DNA of 50,361 nucleotides from positions 1 through 50,361 of IMG/VR virus record IMGVR_UViG_3300046823_000218; one strand, given 5' to 3'. How positions within the stretch are numbered: position 1 is the first letter of the stretch; each line of letters begins with the position of its first letter. Source of the DNA: a virus. The notes under the pieces are model-generated. The model was not told the origin of the DNA. It did not search any database and worked only from the letters and a program-made list of their open reading frames with translations. The position numbers and the translations under genes are program-made. This document shows, one piece after another, positions 1 through 6,001 of this stretch.

Positions 1-306
1 GCCTTCCTGAACGCCTGGCGGCGTGCCTGCGGCTCCTTCCCCAGGCTCGCCTGGCGCCCCATCGCCTTCCTGAACGCCTGGCGGCGTGCCTGCGGCTCCT
101 TCCCCAGGCTCGCCTGGCGCCCCATCGCCTTCCTGAACGCCTGGCGGCGTGCCTGCGGCTCCTTCCCTAGGCTCGCCTGGCGCCCCATCGCCTTCCTGGC
201 CTTCCTGAGGCTCGCCTGGCGCCCCATCGCCTTCCTGGCCTTCCCCAGGCTCGCCTGGCGCCCCATCGCCTTCCTGGCCTTCCCCAGGCTCGCCTGGCGC
301 CCCGGC
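1..306 (-). repeat. Coding tandem-repeat array, left part: 3 x 63-bp units (1-189) followed by 3 x 39-bp derivative units (190-306)
   Basis: Direct reading. The unit gccttcctgaacgcctggcggcgtgcctgcggctccttccccaggctcgcctggcgccccatc is repeated head to tail (third copy carries a ccctagg variant), then shortened 39-bp derivatives follow. All units are multiples of 3 and stop-free on the minus strand (DGAPGEPGEGAAGTPPGVQEG / DGAPGEPGEGQEG). Confidence 0.95.
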
Positions 307-978
307 TGGTTGCTGCATGGTGCGTTCCATTGCGACCAGCTCTTGCGCCAGTCTCAGAACCGCCATGGTGCTGCGGCACTTAGGCAAGCCGCGCAACGCG
401 TAGTCCACAAGCCGCTTGACGTCCGGCGACAAGGACCCTGGCAGCATGCGGGCCGTTGGCACGTCATAGTCGTTCTGCAACCGGCCCAGGATGCAGACCA
501 CATAGGGCGCGTCGGCAACCTTGGCTCCGATCACGCGCCCGACCTTGGCGCTTTCCATGACCGCCTCAAAATGTTTCCGGTCACACAATGACGCCAGCAG
601 GTTTCGCAGGTTAGGGAAGGCGCCGTTCCGGATTTCCGTGCGCTCGATGCGCACGTCTTCCATCGCGTTGACCCAATGGCGCACGCGCGGTCCCAGTGCA
701 ACCGCGCGGCGCCAGTCGTTCCAATCCGTGTGCAGCACGTGGCAGCACTCGTGCGCGATGTAGGCTACCAGTCGGTCCGCCTCGGCGCGTGTGATCTGGC
801 TGTCGGCAGGAAGGCTCGGCATGTTCAGCGTCACGCGCGGGAATTGCCACGAGACGCTAGCAGTGGAACCACCATTGCACGTGGTCAGCACTTGCCAGGC
901 GCCTTTTACGCTCGCACGTCGTGCGAGTATCTTCATTGCGGTTTCCGAAGCGGCCGCAACGGTTTCAAAGTAGAGCAT
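1..978 (-). CDS. N-terminal part of an HExxH (zincin-like) / acidic-repeat / vWA protein. The ORF runs off the left edge and continues in frame at 50361..49100.
   Basis: ATG at 976-978, 13 nt after the stop of the upstream AAA+ gene, with GAGGA overlapping that stop. My translation MLYFETVAAASETAMKILARR...LVAYIAHECCHVLHTDW...MERTMQQPAGAPGEPGEGQEG is stop-free down to position 1. It is absent from the supplied ORF track because no stop is reached inside the window. HECCH lies at 739-753. Confidence 0.8.
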   Translation of the reverse strand, partial: MLYFETVAAASETAMKILARRASVKGAWQVLTTCNGGSTASVSWQFPRVTLNMPSLPADSQITRAEADRLVAYIAHECCHVLHTDWNDWRRAVALGPRVRHWVNAMEDVRIERTEIRNGAFPNLRNLLASLCDRKHFEAVMESAKVGRVIGAKVADAPYVVCILGRLQNDYDVPTARMLPGSLSPDVKRLVDYALRGLPKCRSTMAVLRLAQELVAMERTMQQPAGAPGEPGEGQEGDGAPGEPGEGQEGDGAPGEPQEGQEGDGAPGEPREGAAGTPPGVQEGDGAPGEPGEGAAGTPPGVQEGDGAPGEPGEGAAGTPPGVQEG

Positions 979-991
979 GGGCGTCTTGTCC

Positions 992-2527
992 TCAGTTCTG
1001 GAATTGTGATGCAGCGTCGCGTCCCGCGGCTGTGGCGTTGGTCAACGCCGGGTCCGGGTTCGCATCCGTCGTGACATCGACCGGGCTGTTATTCAGCGCT
1101 GCCGCAACCTGCGTCTTGTCATAGGCTAACAGACACTGTTGACGCAGCGTTTCGACGTCCTGTTCGCTGGCGCAATTCAGGACTGCGGCATGGAACGCGT
1201 CTTCAGCGTCAATGCCATCAGTCAGCAATTCCGCCCAGGACAGCAGCCGGCGTAGTCCGATGCCGGCGGTCAATTGCTGCCCCTCGGCCGCAGCGCGTGT
1301 GGTGGCCGCGGCACTTATCAGCAGTTCTGCCAACGCCGGCGTGCAACCGGTATAGGAAACCAAAATGTCCCGCTCTTGATCGGCCGGCATGAAATCAAAG
1401 CGGACGCGCACGCCAAAGCGATCCAAAAACGCTGCGTTCAACCGGTTGGTGTCGGTATAACCGCGCCGCGATCCCCCGCCCGTGCCGTTGGTGTTGTCGC
1501 ACGAGATAAACACAACGCCCTCGGCAACCTTCACGCGCCGGCCGGTTTCCGCAATGAACAGCACGCGGTTGGCCAGCACGTTCTGCAAGACGAACAAGGC
1601 GCCAGGACGCGCGACGCTCGGTTCATCGATGCAGATCACGCAACCGGGTGTCTGGATCGCGCGCGTCAACTGGCCATCCTGCCAGGCGACTGAACCATCC
1701 GCGGCTGGGACCGTCATGCCTACCAGCGTGGGACCGTCCGTCGTGCTGTCGCATGAAATCAACGCGAACGGCCGGCCGGTCCGCGCCGCTAATTGCTGGC
1801 TCCATTCCGTCTTGCCCGTTCCGGCCGCGCCGAACAGCAGCACGTTCCGCTTGCGCGCAACCTGCGTCAGCGCGATCGCGGTTGCCGGCTGCGGCCAGAC
1901 ATACCGGGGGTTCAACCCCGGAGTGTCAGGATGCGCGCCGTCCCATAGCTTCGTGGTCCGCTGTCCCAGCGCACCCTTCACGCCAAACAGCTGGCGCCAG
2001 GTTTCGTCTTTCCCCGTGCACTTGGCTTGGCGGACCGATGGCGCTGCACCCTTGGTCCCGCCCGATGCCGGGACTTCAACCGGGACTTCGATCCGCACCT
2101 CGACCGGCGGCTTGTTCGCTTGCGTGACCAGTTCGCGCAACCTGGCGTCAAGAGCGCCAAAGCCGCCCGAGACGATCAAGCCGCGGACCGCGGCAACCTC
2201 GGCTTCGATCTTATCCGTGGCCAGGTTCCCGGCCGGGTCCTCGTCCTCGTCTTCGTCCTCGGCCTTAGCTACGGCCGCATTGATGGTCCTGGTGATGCCA
2301 GGGTCGGAGTTTTCATCGCCTTCGATGGGGATATTTATCGACGTGGATGCCGCGGTGCCCATGATGGCGTCAGCGTCGATCCCCAGCGCTTGTGCGATCT
2401 GCACCAGGCGACCAAGGCGCAATTCCGAGACTTGTTCGCCGTTCAGAACGCGTCCGGCGTCAGGATGCGCGCGGACCGCGGCACGCAACGCGTTTCGGCG
2501 CATGGCCGATGGTGGCAAGGTATTCAT
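992..2527 (-). CDS. AAA+ ATPase, CobS/MoxR-like (AAA_5 type)
   Basis: Part of ORF 992..2905. The preferred start is ATG 2525-2527 (MNTLPPSAMRR), preceded by GGAAAG. Walker A is LLFGAAGTGKT and Walker B is CVICIDEP. The segment NRLNAAFLDRFGVRVRFDF is typical of CobS/MoxR. The longer upstream extension would cross the divergent control region. Confidence 0.85.
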   Translation of the reverse strand: MNTLPPSAMRRNALRAAVRAHPDAGRVLNGEQVSELRLGRLVQIAQALGIDADAIMGTAASTSINIPIEGDENSDPGITRTINAAVAKAEDEDEDEDPAGNLATDKIEAEVAAVRGLIVSGGFGALDARLRELVTQANKPPVEVRIEVPVEVPASGGTKGAAPSVRQAKCTGKDETWRQLFGVKGALGQRTTKLWDGAHPDTPGLNPRYVWPQPATAIALTQVARKRNVLLFGAAGTGKTEWSQQLAARTGRPFALISCDSTTDGPTLVGMTVPAADGSVAWQDGQLTRAIQTPGCVICIDEPSVARPGALFVLQNVLANRVLFIAETGRRVKVAEGVVFISCDNTNGTGGGSRRGYTDTNRLNAAFLDRFGVRVRFDFMPADQERDILVSYTGCTPALAELLISAAATTRAAAEGQQLTAGIGLRRLLSWAELLTDGIDAEDAFHAAVLNCASEQDVETLRQQCLLAYDKTQVAAALNNSPVDVTTDANPDPALTNATAAGRDAASQFQN

Positions 2528-2614
2528 TTTGGCGTCTTTCCATGTTGTGACAGTGTAGGCCCCGCCGTCGTGACAGCAACGACGGGACACAACAAATAGT
2601 AGGGTTGACACAAC
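2528..2614. promoter_or_regulatory. Divergent control region between the AAA+/vWA operon and the late operon
   Basis: 87-bp gap between divergent starts. Three copies of the heptamer are present (TGTTGTGAC at 2543-2551, GACACAACA at 2586-2594 and 2607-2615). There is also a 7-bp stem hairpin CCGTCGT-gacagca-ACGACGG (2565-2585). No sigma70 hexamers were confidently assigned. Confidence 0.5.
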
Positions 2615-3151
2615 ATGCCAAGGGTAAAGCGGCAGTCCGCCACAAATAATCCTGCCGTTCAGGACCGCATGGCGAACGTGCGAGCGAAGGCGCGTCGCTG
2701 CGTTTCGTGTGGGCATTTTGCGCGTTCTGGGTCCCGGTTCTGCATGTGGCACGATCCGGAGGCGAGGACAGCCGGCGGGATAAGCAAACAAGGCGTTGTC
2801 CCGGGCGGCAGGATAAGCAAACAGGGCGTTGTCCCGGGCGGTCCCGGACCGCAGGACATGCGGAACGGACATGGGATGGGTCTGCAAGGTCAGCCGGCTG
2901 GTCAACCCTCAGGTTATGACGTACGCTCAACCCTCGCCGCCATAGCATCGGACCCCGAAGCGAACGCTAACGCTAGGACAGCGGCGGCGAGAACATTGGC
3001 GGAGCTGGACGGGCTGCTCGGCCGTCATAGCGCCGCGCCTGAACGGACCGCGGACCGCCTGCTCTCGTCCCTGTCCCGGGTGGAGCTGGCGCGCGAACTG
3101 GCCAGGCTTAGGGCCTCTTGTGCCGAAGACAAGGCACCAAATGGCGGCTAA
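2615..3151 (+). CDS. Putative small terminase / DNA-binding packaging protein (basic N-terminus with Cys cluster)
   Basis: ORF track 178 aa. First gene of the late operon. Contains CVSCGHFARSGSRFCMWH (zinc-ribbon-like) and ANARTAAARTLAELDGLLG, which resembles the RxAAAxxLLDRG helix I recall from small-terminase families. The function is tentative. Confidence 0.7.
   Translation: MPRVKRQSATNNPAVQDRMANVRAKARRCVSCGHFARSGSRFCMWHDPEARTAGGISKQGVVPGGRISKQGVVPGGPGPQDMRNGHGMGLQGQPAGQPSGYDVRSTLAAIASDPEANANARTAAARTLAELDGLLGRHSAAPERTADRLLSSLSRVELARELARLRASCAEDKAPNGG
2778..2841 (+). repeat. In-frame 33-bp tandem duplication inside the TerS-like gene
   Basis: ggataagcaaacaaggcgttgtcccgggcgg (2778-2808) and ggataagcaaacagggcgttgtcccgggcgg (2811-2841). 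They encode GISKQGVVPGG / RISKQGVVPGG. Confidence 0.9.
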
Positions 3152-3190
3152 CCCCTTGGTCTTGCTACATGTCCGCTGTCCTTGCCAAGG

Positions 3191-3256
3191 CCCGGTCCCG
3201 GTCCCAGGACCAGGACCGCCCGGGCGCGCGCGGTCCCGGGACCAGGACCGCCCGGG
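3191..3256. repeat. Intergenic cluster of seven GGWCC sites (GGTCC x2, GGACC x2, GGTCC, GGACC x2), including a duplicated GGACCAGGACCGCCCGGG block
   Basis: Direct reading of cccggtcccggtcccaggaccaggaccgcccgggcgcgcgcggtcccgggaccaggaccgcccggg. It lies 40 nt after the TerS-like stop. ORFs 3118..3363 and 3120..3389 over it look spurious. Confidence 0.85.
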
Positions 3257-3361
3257 CCGACCGCCCCCCTCGGGGGGTCGCGGCCGCCGGCGTTATTCTC
3301 ATGATTGGCGCACCGACCACTCCGTTAGTTTTCAAACTTTCATTCCGCTTACCGAACGCCT

Positions 3362-3419
3362 AAACTCAAATCTCGTTACACTTTCTTGAGCAGCCAAACT
3401 CAAATTTCGTTACACTTTC
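3362..3419 (+). repeat. Two 24-bp direct repeats (23/24 identical, 34-bp period) in an AT-rich stretch upstream of the first tail-fibre gene
   Basis: aaactcaaatctcgttacactttc (3362-3385) and aaactcaaatttcgttacactttc (3396-3419). Confidence 0.9.
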
Positions 3420-3464
3420 CGCACGCCCAGGATATTTTGTTGCGCCAAAATCTGTGTCGGTTTA

Positions 3465-5999
3465 GTGTCGCGTCTCCGCTGGGGAGACACCGCCTTGGCA
3501 GCCGATGGCTCGTCGCGTCCTCGGGCACCGATGCCGGCCCCGCCGGACCGGGCGTTTTCGTTCACCGACTGGCAGGTCAGCAACCCCACGGCGCCCCCGC
3601 CGGGGGATAAGCTCGACGCCGAGTTCGACCGCACCAACCAAGCCGTAGAGGACCAGCTCACCTGGACCTCTGCCAGCCTGAACTCGGACGGCTCCATCCG
3701 CGACGGAATTATCGGCGAAAACAACCTGGTCCCGGGGCTTTTTGACGATCTGTCTGAGGGTGTGATCGACGACGTGCAGCCGCTCGTGGATACCGCTACC
3801 AATGCGGCGGGTGCGGCTCAGGCGTCCGCCAGCGCCGCCGCGGCCTCGGCGACCTCGGCGGCTGGCGCCAACACCGCGGCCCAGGGCGCCAATACGGCGG
3901 CGCAGGGAGCCGCGGGCGACGCCCGTCTCTCCGCGGCGAACGCCCAGGGTGCCAACACCGCGGCGCAGGGCGCGGCGGGTGACGCCCGCCTCTCCGTGGC
4001 AAACGCCCAGGGCGCCTCGGCTCTGGCGCAGGACTATGCCGACGTGACGCAGGCATGGGCCGAGCACATGCCGGACACCATCCCGCCGAACATCCTGGCG
4101 GTCATGGGGATCAGCGGCGACCATTGGTCCAGCCGCTGGTGGGCCAACCGTGCGGCGCAGATCGCGCTCACCACCGGCGGGCTGGTCACCGCTTCGCCCG
4201 CCCCGCCCGCCAACCCCTTCGATGGCCAGCTCTGGTGGGACAGCGTCGGCACGCAGCTCTACATCTACTACAACGACGGCAACTCGAAGCAGTGGGTCGC
4301 GGCGAGCAATTATGGCGCCGGCGCCGCCGGCCTCGGCGACGCGCCCAGCGACGGAACCGCCTATGGGCGGTTGAATGCGGCGTGGTCGCAGGTGCTGGTT
4401 CCTGCGGTTGGAACATTCACCGATGGCGGCGGCAGCTATCCTGCGCAGACGGTAACGCCGCTGCGGATGAGCGGCATGGCGTTCATCGGCAGCGGTTGGG
4501 ACAGCCAATACACGACATATGCCCAGAGCCCTGGCACCGGCACATGGATCAAGCGGACGTGGGAGGGGCTGCGCTATCTGGAGAAGGGCACGCAGCTGCG
4601 TGTGGGGTCCGCGATTGGCGGGGCCGCCGCGCTGTTCTTCTCAAGGCAAAGCGACAACGGGCAACTCTCGACCGATCCGTCAGTGATCGGCACCGTCAGC
4701 TTTTCCTACAACGACGTCGTCGGAACGCGCGGCAGCTGGGGTCATTATCTTGAAGCGCACCGAATTGCCGGGGCGGGTCCCGCGATTGGGCAGGAGATTG
4801 AGGTCGTTACTCACGGTGACGACGTTGTGCCTGTTGGTCCCTATGGCTACGTCGGCGGCGGCACGCCGCGCACGCTGGCATTTGGTTTGGGCATTGGCTG
4901 CGGCGGCGACAGCGGCACGGCTGGCACAGGGCCAACCTATAATGCCGGCAATCCAATCTATATCACGCCTAACCCTAACCGCTTCAAACTTGGCATCACT
5001 TTCCTTTATACTTCGCTGGTGCGAGATAACCCCGCAGACGAAACATCTCCAGCGCATGCTTTGCTAATGGGTAAGGGGCATCAGATCGAGTGGCACCGCG
5101 ATGTCAGCGGTAATCCTTCCTCGTATATCCGGTCTGACAATGACGGCACGATCAAAACGGCGCTGCTCTTCAAAGCCGATGGCCTGTATCTCACGTCTGC
5201 ACCGGACGAAGTGCCTATAGCTGGCTTTTTTCCGGTTGCTAATGCAGTAAACTATTTGCGCCACACAGGCGCGGCTGCTGGGTTCAATCCGCAGTTACAG
5301 TGTGGTGGTTCGGACCCGAATATTTCCCTCAACCTGGCGGGGAAGGGCACCGGCGGCGTGCGTCTGCTCGATGGCACCCCGACAGCCCAGGTTGTTGTTA
5401 GCACGGCTGGCACGGCGATCCAGAAGGTGGGTTTCAACGGCACGGCCCCGATCGTCAAGCCAACAATTACCGGCGCCCGCGGCGGTGTCCTTAACACGCC
5501 CGTGGCGGCGGTGGGCAACGGTGCCGACACGACCGAGGACACGTTGCAGACGTTCAGCGTGCCCGCGAATACGTTGCGCAATGTCGGTGATCGGATACGG
5601 ATCGTCGCCGGCGGAACGATGGCGGCGTCAACGGATAGCCGCATAGCGCGTATCCGGTTGGGCGCGCTGATCTATGCGCAGGTAACTGCTACGATCGCAT
5701 CAACAACAACATGGCGACTGGAATGCGATGTCGTCAAAACCGCTAACAATGCGCAGATGCGAACTGGTGTTGGATTGGCGACAAGTGCAGGCGTCACGAC
5801 GATAAACGGCGCGGACACGCTGACGGATACAGGCGCGCTCTCGCTGACTGTGACGGGCCAAAACACTACCAATTCGGTCGCTAGCTCGGTGGTCTGCAAC
5901 TACCTGCTGGCCGAGGCGCTGCCGATCACGCCGCCGATGTCATCGCTGACGGCAGCGCTGGCTGCGTATGGGCTGGTCACCGACAGCACGAGTGCATAG
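3465..5999 (+). CDS. Tail fibre protein
   Basis: ORF track 844 aa (GTG 3465; an in-frame ATG at 3531, MPAPPDRAFSFTDWQ, is an equally plausible start). The N-terminus is FxDxxxxxxxPPxGxKLDAEFD. There is an alanine-rich in-frame repeat (ANAQGANTAAQGAAGDARLS x2). The motif GQLWWDSVGTQLYIYYNDGNSKQWV is common in proteobacterial phage fibres. Confidence 0.85.
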   Translation: MSRLRWGDTALAADGSSRPRAPMPAPPDRAFSFTDWQVSNPTAPPPGDKLDAEFDRTNQAVEDQLTWTSASLNSDGSIRDGIIGENNLVPGLFDDLSEGVIDDVQPLVDTATNAAGAAQASASAAAASATSAAGANTAAQGANTAAQGAAGDARLSAANAQGANTAAQGAAGDARLSVANAQGASALAQDYADVTQAWAEHMPDTIPPNILAVMGISGDHWSSRWWANRAAQIALTTGGLVTASPAPPANPFDGQLWWDSVGTQLYIYYNDGNSKQWVAASNYGAGAAGLGDAPSDGTAYGRLNAAWSQVLVPAVGTFTDGGGSYPAQTVTPLRMSGMAFIGSGWDSQYTTYAQSPGTGTWIKRTWEGLRYLEKGTQLRVGSAIGGAAALFFSRQSDNGQLSTDPSVIGTVSFSYNDVVGTRGSWGHYLEAHRIAGAGPAIGQEIEVVTHGDDVVPVGPYGYVGGGTPRTLAFGLGIGCGGDSGTAGTGPTYNAGNPIYITPNPNRFKLGITFLYTSLVRDNPADETSPAHALLMGKGHQIEWHRDVSGNPSSYIRSDNDGTIKTALLFKADGLYLTSAPDEVPIAGFFPVANAVNYLRHTGAAAGFNPQLQCGGSDPNISLNLAGKGTGGVRLLDGTPTAQVVVSTAGTAIQKVGFNGTAPIVKPTITGARGGVLNTPVAAVGNGADTTEDTLQTFSVPANTLRNVGDRIRIVAGGTMAASTDSRIARIRLGALIYAQVTATIASTTTWRLECDVVKTANNAQMRTGVGLATSAGVTTINGADTLTDTGALSLTVTGQNTTNSVASSVVCNYLLAEALPITPPMSSLTAALAAYGLVTDSTSA

Positions 6000-6001
6000 C
6001 C

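Noticed and set aside
1-306. Possibility that the terminal tandem repeats are a CRISPR array or non-coding satellite.
   Set aside because: The units are contiguous with no unique spacers. All lengths are multiples of 3. They are stop-free in the same frame as the flanking HExxH and vWA domains, so they are a coding minisatellite.
2528-2905. The 126-codon N-terminal extension of the AAA+ ORF (track start 2905).
   Set aside because: It would run through the divergent control region and overlap the TerS-like gene on the other strand. Its sequence is low-complexity. ATG 2527 has a GGAAAG RBS, and the protein-like sequence starts there.
3118-3389. ORFs 3118..3363 and 3120..3389 (PGPGPPGRARSRDQDRPG...).
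   Set aside because: They are translation artefacts of the intergenic GGWCC cluster and the AT-rich leader. They lack an RBS, use a TTG or weak start, and have junk-like composition.
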